In this document: one piece after another, positions 1 to 7,950 of the stretch
Numbering within the stretch: position 1 is the first letter of the stretch
How the letters are laid out: each line of letters opens with the position of its first letter
DNA from: an uncultured Eubacteriales bacterium
Lineage (GTDB): Bacteria; Bacillota; Clostridia; Oscillospirales; Oscillospiraceae
Direction of reading: 5' to 3'
Assembly (NCBI GenBank): GCA_900079765.1
Contig: LT599017.1
Span: 3,152,996-3,176,995 of the forward strand
Length of the DNA stretch: 24,000 nucleotides
Program-made: the position numbers and the translations under genes
Notes under the pieces: generated by a model
What the model was told of the DNA's origin: nothing
Seen by the model: only the letters and a program-made list of their open reading frames with translations
The model's database searches: none

Positions 1-522
1 CACCATTTCTGGGTCCAACGCGCTGGTCGGTTCATCAAACAGCAGGATCTTAGGATTCATCTCCAGTGCCCGCGCAATGGCCACGCGCTGCTTTTGTCCG
101 CCGGACAAGGTTGCCGGATATACATCCCGTTTATCCAGCAGTCCAACTCTGGACAATAACTCCTCCGCCTTTTTCACCGCCTCCGCTCTGCTGTATTTTC
201 TGAGCATCACGGGCGCCAACGTTATATTTTGAATTACGGTGTAATTGGGAAACAAGTTGAAGTGCTGGAATACCATCCCGATATTTTCTCTGAAATGATT
301 GATGTTTTCAATCTTCTGTACCTCTTCTTCCAGAACCCTGATCGTACCGCCCTGAATGCTTTCCAGCCCGTTGAGGCAGCGCAGCATTGTGGATTTCCCT
401 GAGCCGGAGGGGCCAATTAAGCAAACGACTTCTCCCTCTTCCACGGAAAACGAGATATCTTTCAGCACCTCGAGCTCTCCAAATAACTTTCTTACATTTC
501 TTGCATCAATAATCGGCGCCAT
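1..522 (-). CDS. Polar amino-acid ABC transporter ATP-binding protein (GlnQ/HisP-like); C-terminal end cut by window edge
   Basis: My own minus-strand translation from the ATG at 522-520 gives MAPIIDARNVRKLFGELEVLKDISFSVEEGEVVCLIGPSGSGKSTMLRCLNGLE... (Walker A GPSGSGKST). It continues to ...LSGGQKQRVAIARALEMNPKILLFDEPTSALDPEMV (ABC signature plus Walker B). The ORF is absent from the ORF track because it runs off the window. It lies 17 nt downstream of the permease gene. Confidence 0.9.
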   Translation of the reverse strand, partial: MAPIIDARNVRKLFGELEVLKDISFSVEEGEVVCLIGPSGSGKSTMLRCLNGLESIQGGTIRVLEEEVQKIENINHFRENIGMVFQHFNLFPNYTVIQNITLAPVMLRKYSRAEAVKKAEELLSRVGLLDKRDVYPATLSGGQKQRVAIARALEMNPKILLFDEPTSALDPEMV

Positions 523-539
523 ATGTCCACCTCATTTCA

Positions 540-1193
540 TCACCGTTTGTCATAGCTCATTTTTCTTTCAACAATTTTGGATAGATATGTAAGGAACGCA
601 ATTACAATCAAATAGATGATAGCGGCATAGGAATACAGTTCAAACGCCTTATAAGTTCTTGCAATGACGACTTTTGCCGTCATTGTCAGTTCATTTACAC
701 TGATGGCTGAAAGAATTGCCGTATCCTTAAGACTGCTGATAAACTGATTCATCAAGGAGGGCGTCATAATTTTAAAAGCCTGAGGCAAAATGATTTTGCG
801 CATCGTCTGAAAGTAGCTTAACCCAAGACTTCTTGCTGCCTCTGTCTGCCCGAAATCAATTGCTTGGATACCTGCTCTGAAAATTTCCGCCATGTATGCC
901 GATGCATTGATTGCAAGGATGAGGATAGCGCTGCTAACCAAGCTTATGGAGTTCTTGATTATGCCAAAATATAAAAACAAGGCCAGAATCATCAGCGGTA
1001 TGCCACGCACAAGCGTAATATAAGCAGTACTGATCTTCTGCAGCACCTTTACGCCGCTGATAGAAAAAATACATAGAATAATACCAATCACGACCGAAAG
1101 GAAAATCCCCCCGATCGCAATTATAAGCGTTAGTTTTAGTCCACCCAAAAGGGCGGGAAGGTACTTCCAAAAAGTTATAAAATAGTCAACCAT
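540..1193 (-). CDS. Polar amino-acid ABC transporter permease (His/Glu/Gln/Arg/opine family)
   Basis: The 217 aa ORF is multi-TM and carries an EAA-loop-like segment, TEAARSLGLSYFQTMRKIILPQA, typical of this permease family. An AAAGGAGA RBS precedes the ATG. It sits between the binding-protein and ATPase genes. Confidence 0.9.
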   Translation of the reverse strand: MVDYFITFWKYLPALLGGLKLTLIIAIGGIFLSVVIGIILCIFSISGVKVLQKISTAYITLVRGIPLMILALFLYFGIIKNSISLVSSAILILAINASAYMAEIFRAGIQAIDFGQTEAARSLGLSYFQTMRKIILPQAFKIMTPSLMNQFISSLKDTAILSAISVNELTMTAKVVIARTYKAFELYSYAAIIYLIVIAFLTYLSKIVERKMSYDKR

Positions 1194-1214
1194 TGTTTCA
1201 TCTCCTTTGAAATT

Positions 1215-1243
1215 GGGGAAAGGCGATCATTTCGCCTTTCCCC
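1215..1243 (-). promoter_or_regulatory. Perfect 12-bp intercistronic stem-loop between the binding-protein and permease genes
   Basis: GGGGAAAGGCGA-tcatt-TCGCCTTTCCCC. It lies in the 80-nt gap after the binding-protein stop (1274) and before the permease RBS. The U-tract is poor (AAUUUC), so it is more likely an mRNA-stability element or partial attenuator than a full terminator. Confidence 0.6.
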
Positions 1244-1273
1244 AATTTCTATCTAGGCAGGTGTTAACTGTTC

Positions 1274-2161
1274 TTATTTGTAATTGTTGACAATCTTATC
1301 GTACGTACCATTTGCGCGGACTGCGGCAAGGCCCTCGTTGAACATGGCAAGAAGCGTCGCGTTCTCACTCTTCTTCACAGCGAAACCATTCTGGGGCGCT
1401 TCTTCAATGGCGTCGATAGCCACTTTCAGGCTCCCCTGCTCGCCAATGGCAATCTGATAGCCGATTACCGGATAATCCTCAATCAGAAAATCGGCCTGCT
1501 TGTTGGAAACAGCAAGCATCATACTGGCGGAATCGGGGTATACCGACACCGTGAACCCATATTTGTCCGCATTGTCCTGGCACCAGTTCATTCCGGTAGT
1601 GCCTTCTTTGCAGGCAGCAACCTTGCCCTTCAGATCCTCGAAGGAAGAAATGCTCGTGTCGTCCTTGTTCACAACCAAAGCGGAGCCGGACTCGTAATAA
1701 CCGTCAGAAAAATCGACGCTCTGTTTGCGCTCTTCGGTGATATTCATACCTGCGATGGAGCCGTCAATGGTTCCGGAAACAAGCGCGGGAATAATACCTG
1801 AGAAATCCATGGGGGTCAGCTCATACTTGAATCCCTCGTACTGTGCAACCGCGTCCAAAAGCTCAACATCAATGCCATAGTAATCTCCCATGCCGTTGGC
1901 GGAGGTAACTACCGTACCGGGCGCCTTTTCCCCATCCCCCAACTGAATGGAGAACGGAGCATACGCCGCATCACAGGCGATTTTATATACAGTCCCGTCA
2001 TAATCCGCATTAGCGGTAGGCCCTCCGGAAGATGCAGTTCCAGCCGGGGGTGCGCTGGGCGAGGCGCTTGCTTGCGGGCTGGATGCGGGCTTGCCTGCAC
2101 AGCCTGCTAGCATGCCCACGGTCAGTAATGCAGTGAGCGACAGAACAAAAGACTTTTTCAT
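1274..2161 (-). CDS. Amino-acid ABC transporter substrate-binding lipoprotein (SBP family 3)
   Basis: The start is reassigned to MKKSFVLSLTALLTVGMLAGC at 2161, with a GGGAGGA RBS at 2171-2177. The ORF-track start at 2212 lies inside the 5' hairpin. There is a signal peptide with lipobox LAGC, a Ser/Pro/Ala linker, then a periplasmic-binding fold (YKIACDAAYAPFS...GIDVELLDAVA...SIAGMNITEERKQSVDFSDGYY). Confidence 0.9.
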   Translation of the reverse strand: MKKSFVLSLTALLTVGMLAGCAGKPASSPQASASPSAPPAGTASSGGPTANADYDGTVYKIACDAAYAPFSIQLGDGEKAPGTVVTSANGMGDYYGIDVELLDAVAQYEGFKYELTPMDFSGIIPALVSGTIDGSIAGMNITEERKQSVDFSDGYYESGSALVVNKDDTSISSFEDLKGKVAACKEGTTGMNWCQDNADKYGFTVSVYPDSASMMLAVSNKQADFLIEDYPVIGYQIAIGEQGSLKVAIDAIEEAPQNGFAVKKSENATLLAMFNEGLAAVRANGTYDKIVNNYK

Positions 2162-2189
2162 AACAACTCTTCCTCCCAGAAAAGAAAAG

Positions 2190-2228
2190 ACAATGAGGTC
2201 AATACGTAACACGTATCGACCTCATTGT
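2190..2228 (-). promoter_or_regulatory. Long 5'-proximal palindrome / terminator-like hairpin in the leader of the amino-acid ABC operon
   Basis: On the minus strand: ACAATGAGGTCgATACGT-gtt-ACGTATtGACCTCATTGT, 17 bp with one mismatch and a 3-nt loop. It is followed at once by CTTTTCTTTTC and then the RBS. Confidence 0.6.
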
Positions 2229-2243
2229 CTTAAGAATGGATTA

Positions 2244-2273
2244 ATTATAATACTGGCTTCTGCCGCGAGTCAA
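2244..2273 (-). promoter_or_regulatory. Sigma-A-type promoter for the amino-acid ABC operon
   Basis: On the minus strand: TTGACT (2273-2268), an 18-nt spacer, then TATAAT (2249-2244). The predicted TSS is near 2237, roughly 9 nt before the hairpin. Confidence 0.6.
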
Positions 2274-2598
2274 TCAGCACCTTTACCAAAAAGGCATACT
2301 CAAATGATATAAAAGTCTATCACATAGAATATCCACCGGCGTAGCCTCACGCCTGTTTTTCCCCGTTCTGGATTTTTTCTGAACTAATTTCCTGTATCAA
2401 ACCATCTGTTGGGAAACGCAGCATAGAGCTATCCCCTCTTAAGGGAAAAAGCGTTTATCATCGTCGCGTGCCTGCTGGCGGCTGTATTTTATCGGTAATT
2501 GCACAGAATACATCAAACCAATGGGACACCTGACCTTTCCCTATCTTTTCGTCTTTGATAAAATACATAAATCGTTGGCATAGAAAGGATGCTCCAAA

Positions 2599-3393
2599 AT
2601 GACGTTGTGCACCTGCAACTTTTTTTCAAAAGTACTGAAGAACCATGTCTCGGTCAATGTGCTCATTCCCTCGCTGCCCGATAACGACTGCCTTCATGCG
2701 AGTTATGACGAAATCTACCCGGGAGGGCGGCTCTATAAGACCTTATACCTGCTCCATGGGGCTCTGGACGACTACAGCTGCTGGCTCCGGCACACCGCCA
2801 TTGAGCGCTACGCCGAGGAAAAAGGGATCGCCGTAGTCATGCCCTCTGGTCAAAATGGATTCTATTCCAACGCAAAATATGGTCTCGACTATTTCGACTT
2901 CATTACCGAGGAGCTTCCCCGTTTCGTGCAGGGGACTTTTCATCTATCCTCCAGACGGGAGGACAATTATATCGCAGGGCCGTCCATGGGCGGCTACGGC
3001 GCCACGAAATGCGCGCTCTCCCGTCCTGACCTGTTCGCCGCCTTTGCCGACCTCTCCGGCGCGGTGGACCCTGGCGATCTGGAGCCCCGCATGAAATCCA
3101 TGGGTTTCGACTTTTTCCGATACGATCTTATTTTCGGCGGCTCCGAACAGGTAACTGGAACGAAAGACGATCTATACCAGCTGGCCCGAGCCCTGAAGAA
3201 TGCGGCACAGAAACCCGCAGCATGGGTCTTCTGTGGTTTGGAAGACACTGCAAACTATGATATGAACCGTCGCCTTTATGACGCGCTGGCCGCATCCGGT
3301 TTTCAGTCCACATTCCATGACGGGCATGGTGGACATAACTGGCCTTACTGGGATGCCTGTATCAAAACTTTCCTTGAAGAACTGCCGTTCTGA
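2599..3393 (+). CDS. Esterase, esterase-D / tributyrin esterase EstA family (alpha/beta hydrolase)
   Basis: The 264 aa ORF has the nucleophile elbow GPSMGGYG. It shows collinear similarity, from memory, to pneumococcal EstA (FFS..L......VNVL.P, LYLLHG, W.....ER, VVMP, GFY.....G.DY...I.EELP, and C-terminal HDGHGGHNWPYW). Confidence 0.8.
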   Translation: MTLCTCNFFSKVLKNHVSVNVLIPSLPDNDCLHASYDEIYPGGRLYKTLYLLHGALDDYSCWLRHTAIERYAEEKGIAVVMPSGQNGFYSNAKYGLDYFDFITEELPRFVQGTFHLSSRREDNYIAGPSMGGYGATKCALSRPDLFAAFADLSGAVDPGDLEPRMKSMGFDFFRYDLIFGGSEQVTGTKDDLYQLARALKNAAQKPAAWVFCGLEDTANYDMNRRLYDALAASGFQSTFHDGHGGHNWPYWDACIKTFLEELPF

Positions 3394-3402
3394 ATTTACG
3401 AT

Positions 3403-3438
3403 AAAAGTGCTCCGGCCCAGCAGGGCCGGAGCACTTTT
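3403..3438. terminator. Bidirectional intrinsic terminator shared by the convergent esterase and GntR genes
   Basis: AAAAGTGCTCCGGCCC-agca-GGGCCGGAGCACTTTT. The GC-rich stem is perfect and is flanked by an A-run and a T-run. It abuts the GntR stop codon. Confidence 0.85.
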
Positions 3439-4139
3439 TACTTCTCTGCATAAAGTTTTGGGGCCTCTTCCGGCGTCTCTTCCAACGTATGGAGCGAGTT
3501 GTCAATATGCATACGCGCATAGATACCCGCCAACTCAGCATTCCCCTGTTCGATACAGCTAAGAATCATGCCGTGGTACTGAATAGCGTGCTCGGGGCCG
3601 ACGCTGCTGTAAAGCGCGCTCTGATGCTCCCGCAGAAGATCGGTAAGAAGATCGGAGATTTGAGCGATGATCGGGTTGCGCGTCCCTTTGGCAATCAAAT
3701 CATGAAATTCGTTGTCCAAATAGCGAAAGCGCTCATGGTCAGAGGACGCCTCCGACATCTCACTGTAGTTTTTTCGAAGCTTTGCAATATCCTCTTGTGT
3801 GCATTTTTGAATAAAAAGCTCAGTGCTGTAAGAATCGAACATTCTCCGAAACTCCAGCACCGTCTTCATCGTATGGCGGGTAACCGGATAATAGATCAGG
3901 CCGCTGAGAGAGGTCTGCTCAAACTCCTCCACATAGGTCCCAGATCCCTGAAGCTTACGCAGAACCCGCAGCGCACTCAGCTTCTCGATAGCCTGTCGGA
4001 CCGCCGCGCGGCTGACGCCAAGCTCCTGGCAGAGCTGGGTCTCGGTGGCTATTTTCGTACCAGGCACCCACTGCCGTGTTTTTATCTTGTGTGTAATGTA
4101 TTCAAATACCTGATTGGTTGCCTGTGTGCTATACGGCAT
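3438..4139 (-). CDS. GntR-family transcriptional regulator with FadR-type FCD ligand domain
   Basis: The N-terminal winged HTH is TETQLCQELGVSRAAVRQAIEKLSALRVLRKLQGSGTYV. The C-terminal domain is all-helical and FCD-like. The start is reassigned to the ATG at 4139 (MPYSTQ...), preceded by GAGGGAGGG; the ORF-track start at 4163 is a GTG upstream of the RBS. Confidence 0.85.
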   Translation of the reverse strand: MPYSTQATNQVFEYITHKIKTRQWVPGTKIATETQLCQELGVSRAAVRQAIEKLSALRVLRKLQGSGTYVEEFEQTSLSGLIYYPVTRHTMKTVLEFRRMFDSYSTELFIQKCTQEDIAKLRKNYSEMSEASSDHERFRYLDNEFHDLIAKGTRNPIIAQISDLLTDLLREHQSALYSSVGPEHAIQYHGMILSCIEQGNAELAGIYARMHIDNSLHTLEETPEEAPKLYAEK

Positions 4140-4182
4140 ATCGGGCCGCCCTCCCTCAGTCACACTTTTCCTAATTGCTATT

Positions 4183-4211
4183 ATTCTACCATTTTCGCCC
4201 TATCATTGCAA
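4183..4211 (-). promoter_or_regulatory. Promoter of the GntR gene (with extended -10)
   Basis: On the minus strand: TTGCAA (4211-4206), a 17-nt spacer, then TGgTAGAAT (4191-4183). Confidence 0.6.
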
Positions 4212-4214
4212 GAA

Positions 4215-4237
4215 CAAGGCGGGGCATCCCCGCCTTG
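4215..4237 (-). terminator. Stem-loop terminator after the nucleoside ABC operon
   Basis: CAAGGCGGGG-cat-CCCCGCCTTG is followed on the minus strand by TTCTTGCAAT. It lies 17 nt after the last permease stop. Confidence 0.6.
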
Positions 4238-4253
4238 TCCCTGTCATTTTCTC

Positions 4254-5204
4254 TTACCCCTGCTCAGCCTTTGCAATCTTACCGTGTTTCATGCGGTTTT
4301 TCTTCCTGCGTACGGAGGAGGAATATGCCGCCAGACCAATCAGCGTGGCAATATAGGGCAGTGCCTGCACCGCTTCCGCGGGGACGTTCAGTGTCTGGAG
4401 CACGTTGGAGAGCGCATTGGCGACGCCAAAGGCCAGAGCGGCCAGGAAAGTCGGCAGGGGCGCCGCGCCGCCCAGGTTCTGCGCTGCAATACCCATAAAG
4501 CCGCGGCCGGCCACCATGTCGCGGGCAAACCAGGAGAGGTAGCCCATGGACATATAGATACCGCCAAAGGAGGCAATCACACCACTGATGATTAGCGTAG
4601 TAAACTTGGTCTTTACCACGTTGATACCCACGCTGGCTGCGGCATTGGGGTTTTCGCCCACGGTACGGATACGAAGGCCAAGCGCGGTTTTGAATACCAG
4701 CAGCCACACCACAATCACGCATACGAAGCTGAGATAGGTCAGCACATTGTGTCCGGACAGAATCGTTCCCAGGATGGGAATGTCCTTAATGACGGGAATT
4801 TCAATATTGGGGAAAGTCAAGCTGGGAAGCGAGGTGGAGAGGCCCTTATCGTTAACGAGCACATAGAGCATGAACACTGTGCCGCCCGAAGCGAAGGTAT
4901 TTAGCGCAATGCCGGTCAGAACCACATTCGCGTTCAGTACCAGGTTGAAGTAGCCCAAGAGCAGCATGATTGAGACGCCGCCGGCAAGGCCGGCAAGCAG
5001 TCCCACGAAGAGATTCTGGGAATAGGCGCTGCCTACCACACCGCAGAAGGCGGCGGTGAGCATACAGCCTTCAAACGCGATATGGAGACACCCGCCGCGG
5101 TTGCAGACCAGAGCGGCCAGGGCTGCGAAGAGGAGCGGCGTGGTCACACGGATGACTGAAAACAGGAAGTCGGCGGAGAAAATTGCGGCAAACAGACTAC
5201 TCAT
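4254..5204 (-). CDS. BMP-family (nucleoside/simple sugar) ABC transporter permease, NupQ/YufQ/RnsD-like
   Basis: The 316 aa ORF is a polytopic membrane protein. It overlaps the upstream permease by 4 nt (ATGA). Its position and composition fit the second permease of a BMP-type ABC operon. Confidence 0.85.
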   Translation of the reverse strand: MSSLFAAIFSADFLFSVIRVTTPLLFAALAALVCNRGGCLHIAFEGCMLTAAFCGVVGSAYSQNLFVGLLAGLAGGVSIMLLLGYFNLVLNANVVLTGIALNTFASGGTVFMLYVLVNDKGLSTSLPSLTFPNIEIPVIKDIPILGTILSGHNVLTYLSFVCVIVVWLLVFKTALGLRIRTVGENPNAAASVGINVVKTKFTTLIISGVIASFGGIYMSMGYLSWFARDMVAGRGFMGIAAQNLGGAAPLPTFLAALAFGVANALSNVLQTLNVPAEAVQALPYIATLIGLAAYSSSVRRKKNRMKHGKIAKAEQG

Positions 5205-6307
5205 GCGGCAACCTCCCCTTTCGCGGCAAGCTGTTTCTCAGCGGCTTCCACCAGTTTCTTATGCTTGAGTCTGTGGAGGAAACGCTCTGCTACCACCAGC
5301 ATGATAATGATCGCCTGGATAATGTTGACCAGTTCGATGGGGATATCGTTGGTGCGAGCCATCACGTCGGCACCCACGCGGACGTACGCGAGGAACAGGG
5401 CGGCCAAGGGCACCAGCTTGGGGTTGTAGCCCGCGATGATGCCCACCAGGATGCCATCGAAACCGTGGTTGGTCAGGCCCTGATACTGGAAACGCTTATA
5501 CATGCCCAGCACTTCCACCGCGCCGCCGATGCCGGCGATGGCGCCGCCCAGAAGCTGGGCGTTCATCAGGATACGCTTGACCGGCATGCCGGAGTAGGTT
5601 GCAAAGTCCATGTTCTTGCCCACGATGCGGATCTCATAGCCGCGCTTGCTGCGGTAGAGATAGAAGTAGCCCAGTATCACCACGACGATACCAATCACGA
5701 TGCCGGCATGGACGCTGGTGCCCTCCAGCAGGCGGGGCAGCTTTGCGTTATCTGCAAATTTATAGGAGGCGAGATAGCCCGCCGCCGGATCGCGGAGAAT
5801 ATGGTTAATGATGCCGAGGCCAAAATAGAGGCACACATAGTTAACCATCAGACTGCTGACCACGGGCTTGGAGTCAAATTTCACGTAGAGCGTGGCAGGG
5901 ATACCGCAGGCGATGGCGCCGAAAATACCGCCGGCCAGAAGGCAAACAACGATATGGATGACAGGGGGCAGGTTGAGCACGTTGGCTATGATGGTGGCAC
6001 CCACAGCACCCACGAAAAAACCGCCCTCGACTGCCATATTGGTCTGGTTCGCTGAGAAAATAAGGCAGACTGCTACGCCGGTGAAGAGCAGAGGTGTCAT
6101 CATCTCCACGATGTTGCCCATACGGCGCATGGTAGAGATGGGGCCCAGGATAAAGCTGTGCAGCGCGCTCAGCGGGTCGTCTGTGATAACCAAAATGATG
6201 GCAAAAGCGATACCCAGAGCGATGGCAACGGCCAGCAGCATGCGCAGGATATTGAACTCTTTTTCAATTTCCTTGGGAGATTTGAGCTTCTTATCGTTCT
6301 TAGTCAT
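5201..6307 (-). CDS. BMP-family ABC transporter permease, NupP/YufP/RnsC-like
   Basis: The 368 aa ORF is a polytopic membrane protein. It overlaps the ATPase gene by 8 nt. Confidence 0.85.
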   Translation of the reverse strand: MTKNDKKLKSPKEIEKEFNILRMLLAVAIALGIAFAIILVITDDPLSALHSFILGPISTMRRMGNIVEMMTPLLFTGVAVCLIFSANQTNMAVEGGFFVGAVGATIIANVLNLPPVIHIVVCLLAGGIFGAIACGIPATLYVKFDSKPVVSSLMVNYVCLYFGLGIINHILRDPAAGYLASYKFADNAKLPRLLEGTSVHAGIVIGIVVVILGYFYLYRSKRGYEIRIVGKNMDFATYSGMPVKRILMNAQLLGGAIAGIGGAVEVLGMYKRFQYQGLTNHGFDGILVGIIAGYNPKLVPLAALFLAYVRVGADVMARTNDIPIELVNIIQAIIIMLVVAERFLHRLKHKKLVEAAEKQLAAKGEVAA

Positions 6308-7865
6308 CGTACGCCACGCTCCTAATCTCTTCCGGCGTCATTTTCTTAATGCCAAGCATGTACTCGCCCAGCTCGTCCTCAGACACCGATTGAGCGTCTT
6401 TGAACCACGCCGCAATCTGGCCGTCGCTCATGACCAGAAGGCTGTCGCTCACCTCCATGACCTCGTTGAGGTCGGCGCTGATCAGGAGTACTCCCGCACC
6501 CTTATCCCGAAGCTCCACGAGCTTTTTCCGGATAAAGTCGGATGCGCCGATATCAATGCCGCGGGTAGGCTGATTGGCAATGATCAACATGGAGTCCGAG
6601 GTAAATTCCCGGGCGGCGACCACCTTTTGCATGTTTCCGCCGGACAGCATGCGGATGGGCTGGTCCTTGCCATCGCACTTAACGTTAAAGGCCTCAATCA
6701 GCTCATCGGCCAGATTATCCACCTTTTTCCGGTCCATCAGAATGCCCTTCTGGAATCCGGGCTTATAGTACCGGTCAGAGACTATATTTTCCGAAATTGC
6801 GCCGTCACCCACAATGCCGTAGGTCATTCTGTCCTCGGAGATGTGGGCCACGCCCGCCTCCCGGATCTGGCGGATGCTGTGCTTGCGCACGTCGATAGCC
6901 GTGGTGCCGACTGTCACGTCTCCTTCAAAGCTCTTGTCCATGCCGGTGACGATTTCACTGAGCTCCTTCTGTCCGTTACCCTCAACACCTGCGATTCCGA
7001 TGATCTCACCGCGGCGGACGCGGAAGCTCACGCCGTCCAGCACCTTCTTCGCGCCGCTGGTACCCATCTTGGACACGCAGCGCACATCCAGCACGGTCTC
7101 ACCAGGTTTCGGCTTTTCCTTGTCGATCTTCAGCACCACGTCGCGGCCAACCATCATGCGGGAAATGTCCTGCTCTGTGACATTTTTAATCTCTTCCACG
7201 CCAATGGTGCGTCCGGCACGCATAACGGTGACCCGGTCGCACAGGTCGGTGACCTCCTGCAGTTTGTGGGAGATAAAGATAACGGTATAGCCCTCTTTCT
7301 TTAGGTCCTTAAGCTCCACAAAAAGCTCCTTGGTCTCCTGCGGTGTGAGCACGGCGGTGGGCTCGTCCAAAATTAGAATACGCGCGCCGCGTACCAGGGC
7401 TTTGAGTATCTCTACCTTCTGCTTCTGTCCGACCGACAGGTCCTCGATCTTTGCCAGCGGTTCCACTAAAAAGTTATACTTTTTGGCGGCCTCGGCGGTA
7501 ATTCGGACTGCCTCGTCCATATCAAAAAGTCCGTTCTTTTTTGGCTCCATGCCAATGACCAGATTTTCCGCAACAGTGAGAGAGGGTACGAGCATAAAGT
7601 GCTGGTACACCATACCGATTCCATACTGAATCGCTACGGTTGGGTTTTCGATGTGGACCTCCTCGCCTTTCAGCAGGATGCGTCCTCCCTCAGGCTTTTC
7701 CACGCCGAACAAAACCTTCATTAGGGTACTCTTGCCCGCGCCATTTTCTCCAACAAGCGCGTGGATCTCGCCTTCATTTACATGGAGGTTCACGTCCTTG
7801 TTCGCTACAAAGCCGTTTGAGTAGACCTTGGTTATATTCTCCATCGCCAGGATATTTGCCATCAT
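6300..7865 (-). CDS. BMP-family ABC transporter ATP-binding protein with duplicated ATPase domains (NupO/YufO/RnsB-like)
   Basis: Domain 1 has Walker A GENGAGKST, signature LSVGQKQKVEILKAL and Walker B ILILDEPT. Domain 2 has the degenerate GVEGNGQ, LSGGNMQKV and LIIANQPTRGID. The start is reassigned to MMANILAMENI at 7865, with GGAGG 9 nt upstream; the ORF-track start at 7946 lies inside the intercistronic hairpin. Confidence 0.9.
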   Translation of the reverse strand: MMANILAMENITKVYSNGFVANKDVNLHVNEGEIHALVGENGAGKSTLMKVLFGVEKPEGGRILLKGEEVHIENPTVAIQYGIGMVYQHFMLVPSLTVAENLVIGMEPKKNGLFDMDEAVRITAEAAKKYNFLVEPLAKIEDLSVGQKQKVEILKALVRGARILILDEPTAVLTPQETKELFVELKDLKKEGYTVIFISHKLQEVTDLCDRVTVMRAGRTIGVEEIKNVTEQDISRMMVGRDVVLKIDKEKPKPGETVLDVRCVSKMGTSGAKKVLDGVSFRVRRGEIIGIAGVEGNGQKELSEIVTGMDKSFEGDVTVGTTAIDVRKHSIRQIREAGVAHISEDRMTYGIVGDGAISENIVSDRYYKPGFQKGILMDRKKVDNLADELIEAFNVKCDGKDQPIRMLSGGNMQKVVAAREFTSDSMLIIANQPTRGIDIGASDFIRKKLVELRDKGAGVLLISADLNEVMEVSDSLLVMSDGQIAAWFKDAQSVSEDELGEYMLGIKKMTPEEIRSVAYDD

Positions 7866-7903
7866 AAACGATCGCCTCCATGTTTCTCTGCCCATTTTCC
7901 AAT

Positions 7904-7937
7904 CGCCCTGCGGCAGTTCTAAAACTGCCACAGGGCG
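7904..7937 (-). promoter_or_regulatory. Intercistronic 15-bp stem-loop between the BMP binding-protein and ATPase genes
   Basis: CGCCCTGcGGCAGTT-ctaa-AACTGCCaCAGGGCG, with one mismatch. There is no U-tract on the minus strand. Confidence 0.55.
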
Positions 7938-7950
7938 ACGGGCCATTCTT

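Noticed and set aside
2229-2598. A riboswitch or T-box leader for the amino-acid ABC operon in the 385-nt divergent intergenic region.
   Set aside because: A good sigma-A promoter (2244-2273) sits only about 9 nt upstream of the terminator-like hairpin, so most of the region is not in that leader. I found no T-box, SAM, lysine or glycine core motifs on the minus strand.
3489-4595. A long 368-aa plus-strand ORF, and similar long antisense ORFs at 5183-6055, 5892-7304 (470 aa), 7828-8340, 8635-9346, 10081-11049 (322 aa) and 12070-13047 (325 aa).
   Set aside because: Each lies antisense to a gene with a clear family identity. Each is Arg/Ala/Gly/His-rich and low in complexity, and none has an RBS. 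They are the stop-codon-poor shadow frames expected in high-GC DNA.
7866-7946. N-terminal extensions proposed by the ORF track: starts at 7946, 2212, 4163, 9940 and 18681.
   Set aside because: In each case an internal ATG is preceded by a well-spaced GGAGG-type RBS and gives the expected family N-terminus (signal peptide or Walker-A distance). The extensions run into hairpins, upstream genes or promoters.
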